From Marsupella aquatica (taxonomy: Eukaryota; Plantae; Marchantiophyta): a stretch of DNA of 64,000 nucleotides. Both the position numbers and the translations under genes were made by a program. Below, piece after piece: positions 1-13,899 of this stretch (within the stretch, counting starts at the first letter, position 1; each line of letters starts with the position of its first letter). The notes under the pieces were generated by a model. The model was not told the origin of the DNA. It saw only the letters and a list, made by a program, of their open reading frames with translations, and searched no databases. The stretch covers positions 13,697,469 through 13,761,468 of the forward strand of contig OZ316896.1 in the NCBI GenBank assembly GCA_973895155.1, written 5' to 3'.

Positions 1-3000
1 AGGTGCGAGGCTAGCATCATCAGCTTTGATCTTGGCATGTCCAAGGCCAGACGATGTGTTGACCAGCAACTCAACAAGAAAGAAACCTGTGCCGGAAGCT
101 ACATCTGCCAATTGTGCAAAAAAGAAAAACTTGAGAGGAGCCTGGCCTGATGCCATGCAAAGCACAGAATTTGCTTGCATATGACGTACAAGAGGTTGCG
201 GTCCAACAAACCCAACCAAAGTATGAGGTGGAAATGTGTACTCCTGCATGGCAAAAGCAGATTTATCATGAAGACGAGTTCAAAACAAGCTCAACAAGCA
301 CTTATTTGTAACAAACTGAAAGCTTTACTTTCATTAAGACCACGTTTTATATCATATTTTGAGATCAAATCTCAAGACTGACTCCTGAACTAAAGACCCT
401 TTCTGCATCATGCTACCAGTTTCACAGTGGCCGACATACAAATGAAAGACAGCAATAGAAGATCTCCCTGAGGTAACAATAAACGCACCATTGTCAATGC
501 CACGTCCGTTTGACCCCATTTCCGTTTGAATGTCGCCGCATCAAGTGCAGGCTTCGGATTTAAGTTTAACTGAGGTGCTACTGGTGGAGACGAGATGGTA
601 AGACTGGTTCCTAATCCAAGCAAGTCATCTACGGCAAGGAGAGGAGAAGAAGCTGAAGCAAGGGGTTGAGATGGTAGAGACCCACGGGAGGGTTTTGAAG
701 ACTGGGAAGGAGATGGAGAGGGAGCAGTTGAAGTAGATGATGCAAAACTATCTAGACCCAGATAATCTGGAGCATTGTAACTGTGTGACCCATTGCTCAA
801 AGCAGTTTGAGGTTCTTCTTTATCAGAGGGACCCAGTAGTAGATCATTATCCCTTGCATCTAGTTGATTGATTGCCAGTTCGTTCCCAGGAGAGGAGGTC
901 CCAACGATTGAAGATCCAGTGTCGTCTGTGAATGCAAAAGGGCTGCGATGTTCCTTGTCGAGAAACATGTAGGAAGGCTGCAAACCACCAAAGAATTTGA
1001 TCATCTGAGAGCAGGACAAAACTGAAGACCGCTACACAAAACTGAAGACCGCTACCAAGAAAAGATTATTCTAGTAATAAACTGCAGACCACTGTCACAC
1101 ATGATGACAGAAAATGCCTTAATTTGTGCAATGAAGCACTTTAGCTAATGTCTGCGACTGAAAAGTTTGATCAACAAATGCCGTTAATACCAAAGATCAG
1201 TACCAAGGGCTTCACATGCTCATACCTGGCGATACACTACTGCTAGGCTGTTGAATTCATCAAAGATCCGGTCCTTGACTTCATTACTCTGGTCTCCAGA
1301 AAACACAGAGACGGCACCTTTCTGTGGGTTGATGACATTCTCTGCCACTTCAACACCATGCCGCAGGAGCCTATAGTAGAGTAGGGCTCTGTCATGAACA
1401 TCCTGTTGTCCAACCACAAATGTGATAGTCAATGAAAATTGCTATTCACAAGAGACTTAGACAACAAAGGAAGAATCTGTACTACAACTAAATGGACAGA
1501 TGGCAGTATAACAGACGTTGAATTGAAAATGATGATCCTGATTTGAAGGGCCTGTGAAGTAAGTACCTGATTCGCATCTTCCAATCCACTCGTTATGGCG
1601 GCTCCTAGAACACCTATTGTTTCAGGAGGCCTCTTAAAAAAACACTTTGTTACTGCCGTCAAGAGTTCCAATCGCACCTGCAGTGGTCAAGAAACAGGAA
1701 AGATGGAAGCATTGAGCACACTCCTACTTGCTGGGATTTGCAGGGATGACAAAGTTGAGATCACATATATCAGCGAAGGACTGATGCTGATATTGTCCAC
1801 TCACAAACAACCTGCTTGGATGACAAACAGCCGTACCTCAGGGGAATCTTCTTCTGTCCAGCTCTTGACAAACCCTTCGAGAACGTAGGGGGCATCCTGC
1901 ATATCATAGGCGTACTCTCCTAGCATCCACACCAAGGCACATTTTGCCTTTGGCTCTTGAACGGTCTCTCTGCTTACGTCACCAACTACAGCAATGCAAT
2001 TGTGACTCCATTGAGGATACTTTCTCAACAGATCCTTCACGAGCACCTTTAAACAAAACCACCGCAGAAACTTAGCAACGTATGAACAAATTTTGTCGAT
2101 CAATGGAAGTCCCACTTTCTAGCGGACAGATAGCTATGACCTAATTCACACCGAATCAAAAGGGACAGTCCTCTCACAAATTGGAGCATAAGACCTCATA
2201 AAAGAAGAGTTTGACTTCTACCACTTAAAAGGCATACAGCAGGAAGATATGCATGAAGTGTAAGATGAGTGAGTAACGGCTTCAATGCCACGCATGCTAA
2301 CCAAGGTTTCTGCCGTCACATAATCTTTTCCCATCTCCAGAAATTGGAGCAGTCGATCGACGATTGCATTCACATCGTACTGCTGCAATGCAATCTTTCC
2401 CACAGCTCGGATGGACTCACGTGCGATTGCTATGTCAACGTTGGCAGCATACTCGCTAAGCTCCGTTACTGTTTAACACAGAGACATGCCTGCAATAAGT
2501 GCATTAGGGAAAGGAGCAACGCTTTCCCAAAGAATAATCTCCAGCTCAATCACAAAATATCGGAAAACTCATTTACATCGGTTAACTGATAAGAAAGGTG
2601 ACCGACTCCCGACCATCGACTACCGACTATCCGGCCTAGTCGAGTGATTTTCAAGCCACAACGTAAACAATCGATGATGTTGAGAGTTTTCGTGAACGTC
2701 CTTTTCAATTAAGAAAGCTTCTACGGACGTAACTGGATGAAGGATAAAATGCTTGCCATAGATATCTCATACAGAATGGCAAACAGCTGTCACTGAGAAG
2801 TTACGAGAGAGACAAAAATACTAAAATCTTTGACAAGAACAGGTGACTTTCCCCCAATAAAATCCACTGAACATCAATGCAAGAACTTGCCACCCATCAA
2901 GTAGGAGACCACGACGACTCTGCCGGTCGTGACAGATAAACCCAACATGGCTGGCACATCATTCCTCAGGCTTCTTGGTAAAGGTAGCTGTGACTCCTGT

Positions 3001-4932
3001 TTTGAGTCTTCACGGTTTAGAAACGACTATGCAAAGCTCGGTCATGTTTTCTCTAGTTCTTACCGATTTCATAGGTGTTGGTTTCATTGGCAACTGCAGT
3101 CAACATCTCCAGCTTCAATTTCTTAACATAGGATGGATCACTGTAGCGGCAATAGAAGTGTTTGTAATCTGAAGCAAACAGCGTTGGTTCCCGCATCACC
3201 AGGAGATGCAAATGACTCAGAACAGCGTAGGATTGTTCTGGACTTCCTGAACTGACAAGGGTCAACAGAGGAGCCTTGATTCGCTCATAAACCTGTTTCA
3301 GGGAGAAACGACAAGATATTTAATCAACTGTGTATCTTCCAATAGACACTACCGTCTCTTGAAACACATTATTTACTGACAATGAGAACTAATCTCAGAC
3401 TATACCTTCTGATGGACCTCTGGCATGGCCATGGTTAAATGTAAGAACACTTTGATAGTAGCCAGCACTACAGCGCTGTTTGCGTGGTGTAGCCTATCGT
3501 CCAGCACATCCATCATCTCTGATGTTTCTTGAGCATCCACAGGGACATATTTTGATACAACCTCAAGTACAAGACACTGTGCCCACTCACTAAACTCCTT
3601 GAACCTGCAATCAATATCCAAGAAAGATTTATAGATAAAAACCCATCTATGCAAATAATCAGTTCTTGTAAACCTGGCAGGACCCGGCATTCCTGGGGAA
3701 GAAATTATTTTGAAATCACATCGAAGAGACTTCAAAAGTACTCATTTAAAATCTTAGGTCAATGAATACTAAAATGATGTAAAAGAGAGAGCCTTACCTA
3801 TTCAAAAGGGAGAGGATTACGTGCTGATGAAGAAGAGATTCCTTTTCTCTTATCGCATTTTCAGAAGTGTTACCTTCGATTGAGAGAATTTCTAGTAGAG
3901 AGCAAAGGCAGTTGGCCACAACCTATACCACACATGAAATCACGTGTTACTCCAGGTGGACAACTGAAGCAAAACAGCCGTAAGTAGGTCATGTATTTCA
4001 TGAGAATCTCAGAATTTAATTCCAACCAGAAAAGGCCAAAGCATGGTCTCAGGTTTGTCCTGCCATTCCGGGATCATGTTGAACTCACTCCTGTCCTTCC
4101 ACGGTTGAACGATTATTGAAGGAGACTGGAATAAAAAATAAATACATCTAGCCTCCAAGGATTCAAAGAAAGTTTTATATTACCAATAGAGCATGAACTG
4201 AAATTTCTCTACTGATAATTGTGTAGCCAAACTGCATTGGAGACACCCAAGGACAATTCAGAGGTGCTCCAGACATCCACGACACAAACAGATTCTATGC
4301 AAACGAGTTTCAAGCTCAGTTGACCCATCTCCATTGCGCACTCACATCAACGAGTGCATTGACCGCAAACAAATACGCAAAGCGAGTTAGTGGGGAACCT
4401 GAGGATCCGAATCATGGATAAGCATGGTCTTCAACGTGGTCAGAAAATCGTGGTCGATGCAAGCTGACGGGGCAATATGATACAGCTTCAAAGCCCCTAT
4501 GGCAGCGACCGACCTCACATACCCATTGTTGTCTTCGAGCCCAGTAATCAACGGCCCCACCAAATACTCCACCAAATTCTTTACCCTAAGTGAGCACAGG
4601 CTTCTAAGAGCCAAGCCCCGAATCATGGGATCGTCATCTTGGCAGTCCTTCTGAAGGAAATTGATGGTGAGCAGGGCCAAATCCGGGTGCACCCTCGCGT
4701 AATTGCCCACATACAGATAGCACATTTTCTTCAACACGAGATCCGAGGTGGCGGAGCACATGACCATCTCGCTGAAGAGAGACGACACATCGATCCCGAC
4801 TGTCAGATACGATATCACTTTCTTGTACAGCTCCCGTTTCGTCTCCTCTACGCCCGGCGCCCGACTCCCCGCCAGCTGCCGCAGCTGCGACTTTATCTCC
4901 GCGAGCTCCCCTTTCCTATGATCCGCATTCAT
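1..4932 (-). CDS. AP4B1: AP-4 complex subunit beta (beta-adaptin-like A); 10 exons visible, 3' end beyond the window
   Basis: N-terminus QLRQLAGSRAPG..KKVISYLTVGIDVSSLFSEMVMCSATSDLVLKKMCYLYVGNYA..DPMIRGLALRSLCSLRV matches plant beta-adaptin A. GT-AG exons read at about 4932-4399, 3922-3798, 3604-3406, 3292-3064, 2468-2302, 2046-1837, 1677-1567, 1402-1226, 977-489 and 243-<1. The last exon encodes appendage-like CMASGQAPLKFFFFAQ..FLVELLVN. Confidence 0.93.
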
Positions 4933-7445
4933 CGTGCCCTGCCCTGTCCTGCTCTGCCGATCTCTCTCCCACAACACGATCGCCTCAGCAGCACCACCTC
5001 TCTCAACAAAAACACACTCTCCTCCCTCTCTCTCGCTCTCTCTCGTGCTTCACACCCTCACCACCTCACCAGCAGACGACCCAACAAGTCCACAGCATCC
5101 GATCTCTGTCTCGATCTCGATCTCAAGGCCGCAACGATGACAGCCTTGGAAATCTTTGACAGAAAGCGGAGTCAGATGAGCAAACAAGAGACGGTAGAAT
5201 GGTACAATACCAGGACCACGTCTACTGTAGTGTAATTGGGGAGAGCGGCTTCCCTGCTCGTCTCCTTCTCTTCTTCTTTCTCTTCGAGTCTCTGCGCTTG
5301 GATTGAGAGCTTTCCGCACTGCATCGTCCCAGTCCTTCTTCCGCCCACGATCCTACCCACTGCACCACCACTACTACTTCATCATCGGTCGACCGATCAT
5401 CTCAAACTGACTGGTGCAGTGGGAAGTTTACAAACCGATTCTACGGGAAAAGCTTGATACAGGAGTCCAGAAACTGGGTTTTGAGCTGAACAAGTCCCCA
5501 AACGAATGCTGTTTCTCGGTATGTGACAAAATCATTGAATGATGAGCTCTTTGGAGACAAGAAAAGCTCGACAATCACTCGGACAGTAATGGTCCCAATA
5601 GCGCTCTGTCTATCGGTCTCTACTCGAGGGTAATTTTTAAGGGGTTTTTCTTGTTTGCAAAAGTGGCTAATGTCACCTTGTGTGAAGGAGAAGATCCTTA
5701 AAATAATTCCTCATTTTATTTTCTTTGATTAATTTGGATCATTAGATCAACCTAGATGTAATGGTCACCGTCAGATTCTGGCTTTTGGGGTTCATGGTTA
5801 GGTGGCCGACTGACTAAAAGAAGACAAAAGCCATGCTAATTTTTGTCAAAGACTCTTCATTGAGGTGGAATTTGATGAACTTTCACCAATCAATAAATGC
5901 TCCTCTACCCTAGCTGTGGGTCTTTGTTTGTCCCCCTCCGTTTGTATGCTTTGGATTTTTAATATGATACTACCAACAACCAAGTCTCTTTGGAGCATAT
6001 TCACACCAATCTATGGGTCGGCTCCTCTCAGGTATTTTCTGGATTATTTAATATAGTTACTACCAACTGCCAAGTGTATCTGGGGGTACCTTGTATGTAA
6101 TATGGTTCCATATTGCTTGTTACTGATTAAATCTAATATGATTTGACAAATTTGAGACTCTTGATGTGGAAGCCCCCAAAAAGTATTCTCCAATGGAGGA
6201 AAAGCACCCTGAATCATGTGCAACATGTTTAATGTTTGTACATTACCCTAGGCTTATCATCTAAATAATGTTTGAAACAACTTTTTCCTAAAAGTGTTCC
6301 AATTTACAGTACTGCAACTGTTTTGATTGTATATACAAACATGTCATGGTTTTTGTATATGGTCACTATGGTTACATTGGTGAACTTGTTGTCCATATAC
6401 AAAATCATAACATATTTGTAATTAAAAAAACTATGGGCAGTATTGTCAATTGGAATATCTTTAGTGGCAAACCAGTTAATGGTTAATGTTTGAATTTTTG
6501 AAAAAATGATGATAAGAATTCCAGATTTGGCAACCTTTCCCTTTCCTGTCATGTGCTTAGAGTGTATTCTCTCTAAGTATGCCCTTCTCTCTTAAGTAAT
6601 TTATGGTCCATGAACAGGTATTTAATTTTCCTATTTAGATTGTGCATTTCACAAATGTGATTGGCCCAAGGGTTATGGACCCAGCAATCATTCCCAATCC
6701 TTATGTACCATGTCATTCCTTCTCTTTTAATTTGCTAGATGACAAAATAGTGAAGCAAGTTCCAGGAGGAACCTGTACGTATCCATGACTGTGATCCTAA
6801 AGGTTAACGCCACTTATTCGAAACATAAGATGATTCTTGATGTTGAGAAGCGCATATAATTAGGTGCACTCAAAGGTAGTAAGGACAACAAATTTTGGAT
6901 AGTTTTAGTCAGATTTGATGATAGGTTTTCAAGAGAAATACGGCAGCTCTTCACTGACAATTCTAAATTTGTAGTGTGTCAATGTTGCTCTCGCTGTCAT
7001 GCCCTGCCACCAATTTCATGCCCACCTCCCATGTCAAACAACATGATCTAGTCTAGTAGTATGCCATGACGATGGGGTTTCAGTAACCCCTTCCTCTTTT
7101 TCTCCCATTGTAGTTTCATGGGACGTCCCCAGCCATAACCCCCTTGATAGCCTGGCCAAGGGGTTCCAAGTCCTCATAATACACAGCCAGTGTTCCCTAG
7201 TCTCAAAATTTCAAAATCTTATGTGAAGCAAGAGTGTTGGGGGTTATGCTTGCTTACTCATGGCCTGTTTGGGGCCCATGGCTGTAACCCCTTGGACTCA
7301 CTGCCCTCCAGTTCTATAGCTACTAACCCCCTCCAGGCCATGGGTTACCCATTGTCACTAATTGTAAATGTAACCAACTGCACTCTACACTGACCACAAA
7401 ATCGCCCTTTATGGTTTGGTCCCGTAAGTGCACATCAAAGGTGTA

Positions 7446-7619
7446 CAACATCCCTCCATACCATGATAAACCTAGTTATTTTCTTTAAATGAATGAGTGC
7501 ACTATGTTACCACATTTTGATGTGTGATTATTCAACATCCCTCCATACCATGATAAACTTAGTTATTTTCTTTAAATGAATGAGTGCACTATGTTACCAC
7601 ATTTTGATGTGTGATTATT
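7446..7619. repeat. Near-perfect tandem duplication, 2 x 87 bp
   Basis: CAACATCCCTCCATACCATGATAAAC...GTGTGATTATT starts at 7446 and again at 7533. Confidence 0.9.
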
Positions 7620-8444
7620 CCCAGGATTATGGTTCCTCCAAAACAACAAAAGTACATAGAATGTTCCCTCAGCAACACAGAAGTTAAGTCATCAATTCAA
7701 TGTTCAAGCTTGCCACTTTTTACCAATAGTGGGAACATTCACTCTACCCTCTCAAACCTACTGCGGACATAATGAAGTACTAGTCGGGATCATACCTTAG
7801 TCAATTATGGGAGCTTTGAAGGTTATTGATCTACAGGTAAGCCCAGAATCTATGTCTTGTGTTAATCTACTCCTGCTCCCTTCCAGTCGAAGGCATCTAG
7901 AGTATCTGGCATTCATAATGCAGATCGTTGAGAGTCATTGAAGCTTTCTATTGCTTAAATCCTACTTCACCAATAATTGCTTCCTCTGTTTCTTTCTCTG
8001 CACTGATTTTCCATTTTTTCTCGGAACCAATTCTTTGAAATGTGATGATGCAATAGTTTTGTCCACAGGTACGAAACATGTGACTGAAATTCAAAAAGCT
8101 TGAGAGCTGCTGTGGCACAATTCCTTCCCTAACTTAGCTTTTCCAGTGCCCCTAAGCTCAATCAGTGGAGCAGACAATGGCATTGACACACACCTCATTT
8201 TTCTTTTCCCTTTAACCTCCAGAAAAATACACGGCTGTTCCATGAACATCAAATTCCAACGATTCATTTCCAGTCAACACTTGAAAAGGTTCATCACATG
8301 TTTCCCTTGTGAAAACCACTCATGATCACACTGACACAAACAACTTTAAACACACAATATGCATATAGCAGGAAGGGATATTTCATTCTGGAGTCGTCTT
8401 CAATGTGGAGAAGAATTGCTGAACAAGGAAAAAGTAGGCCAGAT

Positions 8445-8636
8445 CATGGAACAGCATTGCATATCTCAACAGGTAAAACGGAAAGAGAAATGATATGACA
8501 GCAATTCCCCTTTCTGCTCTGTTCAAACCGAACACGTCGATTTGCAAGACTCATGGAACAGCCCTGCACGTTTCTAGAGTTTAATGGGAACAGGGAAATG
8601 ATATGACAGAGTCTATGCCACTTTCTGCTCTGTTCA
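8445..8636. repeat. Diverged direct repeat, 2 copies of about 85 bp
   Basis: CATGGAACAGC...GAAATGATATGACAG...TTTCTGCTCTGTTCA occurs at about 8445 and about 8552. Confidence 0.7.
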
Positions 8637-9229
8637 TGTTTCAAAGGACCAAACAGCAAGCCCTACCAATGGATCATCGAGCTCCATTTCACAAAGATTG
8701 AGTTTGTCCGTTGCCACATATCGAGGAAAGATTACTTCAGACAATGGACAAACAGAACCTGTGGAAAGTTCAGTCCAGACAATCTCCACCGAAGGTACTG
8801 GGGTGAACCTGTGGAAAGTCCTGTGCCACACATCTCCAATGCTGCTATTGTCGGGAATAATAGGGGGCTAAGTGATGGTGGAAGTTCGGAATTTCGATCC
8901 TCATATCCTGTATTCGCTGACGGCAAAATGGTTATGCGTCAGAATTAGCTGCAAATGTGTTAACTGGTGATCTGCGATGTGGGGTAAACACTTCTTTCAG
9001 CAGTTGTTTCTTCCATGGACAACAGGTAAACAATCAGGAACCGTTTTGCTCAATGGAACAAATTATGTCTAAATACTATTCCACACAAGTCCAAAATCTC
9101 GCTGTACCCAAGGAACAACTTTGACACAGGCCAACATCCAACTCGGGCAACTCATGAAAATGCCAATTCTCTCATAATTATCATCCATTGATCCGACAGG
9201 ACACTAGAACTCAACATCAATTCAGCAAG

Positions 9230-9894
9230 TTAGTTTGAAAACCTTGTTGTTTTATCTTTTCGGTGGTAAGTTCTTCCCGCTTGAGCATCACCAATTCCTG
9301 CCCATGAGCGGATACGGACGCGGAGTGGGACTATGATCCATATGGAATTCATGAACATGAAGTATCCCCAGAATTGAAATAGACTCGGCCGGAGCCGAAA
9401 GCCCCTCTTCATGGAAATATGTTGAGAAGTCACACACGCTCGCATAGAGTTGTCCAAGAGATTTCACCAGTTGGACCGAGTGCACATAAGGCTTGCGGTA
9501 CAAGATCGCAGACACGGCTAGCAGCGCTGCAGATCCTTCGATGAGCACCGGAATGCGTTCCCACAAAAGTTGTGTGCCGAGGGATACCTCGAATTGGCCC
9601 TGCCATACACTTTCCAAGCTTCGGCGACGAAGTTGCTGCACTCCAATTTGTCAAAATCAGGAGTGAACACAAAATAGCCCTCCAAAACCAGATGTTTGCG
9701 CCCTGTGAACAGCCACCAGCATACCAGGAAGCGTTCACAGTGCTCAGGTGCGGCCTGTACCTTCCCGACAAGACCAGACCACGATACGGCAGTCACGGCT
9801 GTGAAGCTTCCGAAGAGATCCCTTGCGATAGGAATGCTGGCACGAATCCTGGGAGCTCCAGCGTTAGATGACAGTAGGGATGCGCTGTGGCCAT
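9230..9894 (-). pseudogene. HYD1: EBP/HYDRA1-type sterol C-8,7 isomerase pseudogene, intronless, multiply frameshifted
   Basis: ATG at 9894 gives MATAHPYCHLTLELPGFVP. Further EBP motifs are scattered over three frames: CWWLFTG..HLVLEGYFVFTPDF, AEAWKVYGRANSRY, EGSAALLAVSAILYRKPY..SLGQLY, FWGYFMFMNSIWIIVPL. Confidence 0.85.
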
Positions 9895-11319
9895 CGATGA
9901 ATCAGTCCTCCAGCTCTCAACTAAGGTTGACGGATCAACCTGAACCGGATCTCCCTCTCTCCTGTACTGCTCTTATTATTTACACGATTCCAAAGTCTGA
10001 GGAATTTCCAGCTCCGCCTTCGTATACAGTACTCAATTTCTTTGTCCATTCCAACTAGAGCCCTAATTCTTGGTGTCCTGCTGCCCTGGAGCCTGGCCCA
10101 AGTATGATCGAGCTGCTTCAGTCTCATCCTTGCTCTGCTCAGGCTCTCCACTCACAAGTTTCAGGTCTGCATCTACATTACACTTCAACAGGACACGAGG
10201 ACTTTGACCAGGGCGAGACGAAAATTTACGCACCCCTGTGGAAAATCCTTCATACGCCGAATGAGGTTTTGATTTCGTCTGTCATTCAACTAAACATTTG
10301 CCCACAATTAAGTCAATCCAACTTTTAGTCGTGATCGCTGTTTCCTTGAGTGCACTGGCAACTGCAAGATAATTCAAAGATTCAACATTCAGAAAGCCTT
10401 GGTGGTAGGACTGATGATAGGGAAGAAACACATCTCATCAATGACTCGACGGGACTTAATTCGATCATGAGCACGAAATAAGTGCTCAATTCCTAGCCTG
10501 TAGTCAGTATATAGACCCAAGATAAATTAACTACAGTACATGGCTTCAAGGTTGTTCGTTCTAGGTATGGTTGTAATCCGTGGGGACATTTAGAAAGAAA
10601 ATCATTGCTTTTAGCAGGGAATTTATGATTCCAATTGAAGTCACAAGGGCCACGCCAAGCAATTTTGTTAGTTTACCATTCAATTGAGGCTAGAGCTCGA
10701 TCTCTTCAGACATTTTTCGCCCACAAAAATTTACGAATGTGTCCCCTGGCCTGGTCATTTAGTAATCCAGTACACCCCATGTATTATTGACAAATTATGG
10801 TTACTGTCTTGGTGAATTATAGACTTGAAACTTGTGAATAAAAAAGTGCCCGTAGTTACTGAACAAATAGCCGTGAGATAGCGCTACAAACTTAAAGCAT
10901 AACTATTCTCACTCTACCATTAAGGCACATTTGGCTGTGTCATTGGTACTAGACGACAGAGACCTGCAATTGAATATACGATGCATACCTGCTCCATCTG
11001 TAGTGCTGCAATATCGATCCAATGGCTGTTTTCATCTGTAAGTACTACTGAATATGCTATCGAAGCAAGATGACAATTCAAGGGTACTTCTTATGTCTTT
11101 GGATTAATAGGGATTGAAGAACTGCTCGACACAAAGAAGATTGCAAGATTACGACATCACGTTTGTACCGATCGATTGTCATCATTGTGAGAAAGGGTAT
11201 TATGATCATGATGCGGACCATTCACACCCACATTGATTCGTATATTATTAAATTATTTATGTTATTTACCGTGAGACTGCCCTGTGATCATTCAAATGCG
11301 ATGTTTAAACCACGTTGTC

Positions 11320-11480
11320 AGTTGCCCCATGTTTCCCGTGTGTTGCTGAACCCCGCTCACATGCTTCTCGTGTGCTGTTCTCCCTGCCATGTCCTCGTGT
11401 TCTGTTCTCCCGTGTTTCTCGTGTTTCTCTCGATCTCCCATGTTTCTCTTGTTTCCTGCATGCCCCATTCTTCTCATGGT
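11320..11480 (-). repeat. Degenerate 20-25 bp tandem array that reads as HEKHG-like peptide repeats on the minus strand
   Basis: Recurring CCCATGTTTCTC / CATGCTTCTCGTG units. Reverse-strand reads include HEKNG, QEKHG, HEKHG, HEKHV and HGKHG in shifting frames. Confidence 0.55.
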
Positions 11481-12884
11481 TTGCTGATGCAAAGTTTATT
11501 ATCCAATCTTAATTTCTTCCTCATGATATCAGTGTCTCTTGAGGATCCTGCCTCTTAGCCTGGATTGGAGATGATCTCCATAAAGCTCTGCCTGCGGATT
11601 CCGGTGCAGTACGTGACATACAAGATCCCTATACTTGTGTATAAAGGATCGATACTGAACTCGACCTGACCGATACCGTCTGAAGTAGCTTCCCACGGAG
11701 CTTATTTAGTGCTAGCTTGGCCTCGCTTAATTTGGTTCTTGAGATTGTTCGCATGACCTGATTTTACGAAAGTCGGGTATCAGTTCATGCGGATAATCTA
11801 GAGAGGTCATATTTGCAAGAAATGCATTTACTTAACAGTTCTTTCTTGAAAACCGTCTCGATTTTTCTCTTCTCAGTATACACCACTTTGTATCGATCAC
11901 ATGCATGCTAACTAACTCAGTTGCATTCATCAGGTGAGAATCATCGATCTCGACGGGCTACTGATCGAAACTCATCAGGCTTGATTTACAATCGTGTGCA
12001 GATTGATCACATGCAGGCGAAGGTAGAGAATTACGCATATACAAATATTTATACCCGGCCTTTCGGCCTCTGAAAGCAGCCTACATGAGCTGTGGGCACC
12101 AATGAGCTCAGGCAGCCTCCATATGCATGTCATCTGCTGATAGCTCCATCAACGCGGTAAGTTAACTCCCAGTTTGAAAGGTGGGCTTAGAAATGGACGG
12201 CGTTCTCCCAAAATTCAAGTTTTAAACATTCCTACAGACTCTCGTGATAGATTTCCCATGCTCGTCTTGGCTGGTTTCCATCTCCTCGAATAGAAGAAGG
12301 GTCCTTCGTATTCCTTCATCGATCTGAGTAGCTTCCAGATTGGGTTTTCACGTTACGTGGACCACGAGTCTTACACACGAGACCAAATGCAAATGCACAG
12401 TCAGCCTTTAATTTGAGACTATGTCAAAGTGCTGCATTTGGCTGCAGACATGATTGCTAAAACAACACTTGTATGATTTCTCCAACGATTTTTAGGACCT
12501 TTTCTATCCCTGGTCAGAAAGATTCGATCAGGCAAGGTTTGCAGTGGGCCACGATCTGAGGAAATGATTCAATTTTCTAGCATAGGGTGTTGTCCAACTT
12601 CCGATCTGTTTCCATCATTCTGTATATATGAACACACGCAACAGTGAGCCTACTGCAGTACATTCCACACTGTAACAGATCTCACCGGTGTACGTACTGA
12701 ACAGACTTTCGACATATGAAATTTACATTACAAGCACCTTCTGCCTTCCCATCGATGATTGCCCCACTAGAAAGCCACGGTGTTGCATGTGATCCGACTC
12801 CGGACACCATTCATTCCTCGAAAATTTTATTTCCTTTAATTATCTCCTGGCTAGCTTGCATCTTGTTGCTCTCGTACTGTACGT

Positions 12885-13300
12885 AGAGCCACGTTTCGAG
12901 ACACGTTTAGATTGTACACAGTGTCCATGTTTACCGCCGCGGCGTCGTTTATCGCACCATTCTTGGATCTCCTTACGTTTGTTGTTATCGTGAAGCCATA
13001 AATGGAGATACCGTTAACTTGTAGACCTCGATGTTTACCTCGTTCATCTGCAGCTCCATTCATGGATCTCCTTACGTCTTGTTGTTTTCCTGGAGCCATA
13101 TTTCAAGACACCTTTAAGTTGTGGTCCTTCGTCCATGTGTACCTCGTTCATCTGCCCTATACGTACATGGATTTCTAACGTCTAGCTTGTTGAGGTCTCG
13201 ATCGGACTAATTCGAAGCCATATATCGAGACACGTTTGAATTGTACATATATACACCTCCATGTTTACCTCGTACACCCCAGTCATGCTTCTCGTGTTAT
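12885..13300. repeat. Diverged tandem array, about 4 units of 100-130 bp
   Basis: GAGCCA..GAGACAC.TT, CCATGTTTACCTCGT and GGATCTCCTTACGT each recur along the stretch. Confidence 0.7.
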
Positions 13301-13899
13301 TCTGACCCATGTTTGTTATGTTTTGCAACCTGATCATGTTATGAGACATTAAGGTATGAACATTGCGGCGCTCCTGGACCGTTGCTTCCAGTCACCTTCA
13401 CTAAACTTTTGTATGTTGATCATACTTTACTGTACAACAGTTGCATTGTAAAGTAGTTGGCGTGGGCAGCTAGCTCCAGACTTGACTTCAATGTGCACTG
13501 ACTATTTTTCTTTCCTTGAAAAGCTTCACTCAAAGCCATAAAGAGAAGTAGCATATGTCAACTGCGGGTGGTTCATTCTGCATTTTTTATTTTTTTGCCT
13601 TGACAAAATATCTTTGAACTGAAAAAATATCTTTGAACTGAGTAGTTGACTGAGCAATAAAGCATTAAACAGTGGGGGTATCATGAAGCAGTAAACACTG
13701 AGCCATCAAGATCACCCCGAACAGGGGGAACTTCAGGCATAATAGTAAATCATGACACGAAGGCAGATACAGAGTACAACTGGATCCTAAATAATCTGTA
13801 TGGACTTGACCCCGGACGTGACATAATTAATCGATCCTGAGCCTATATATTCCCATCTGACTATCTGAGAAACGAAAATCGAAACTTGATCTCATGATG

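Noticed and set aside
4639-5457. Plus-strand ORFs overlapping the AP4B1 start, with CT and GATCTC microsatellites
   Set aside because: These are an antisense shadow of a GC-rich exon and low-complexity UTR/promoter sequence.
7700-8950. Possible decayed coding sequence on the minus strand (ILGLPV/GRV LINE-like hints and short ORFs)
   Set aside because: The motifs are too short and too interrupted to support a call.
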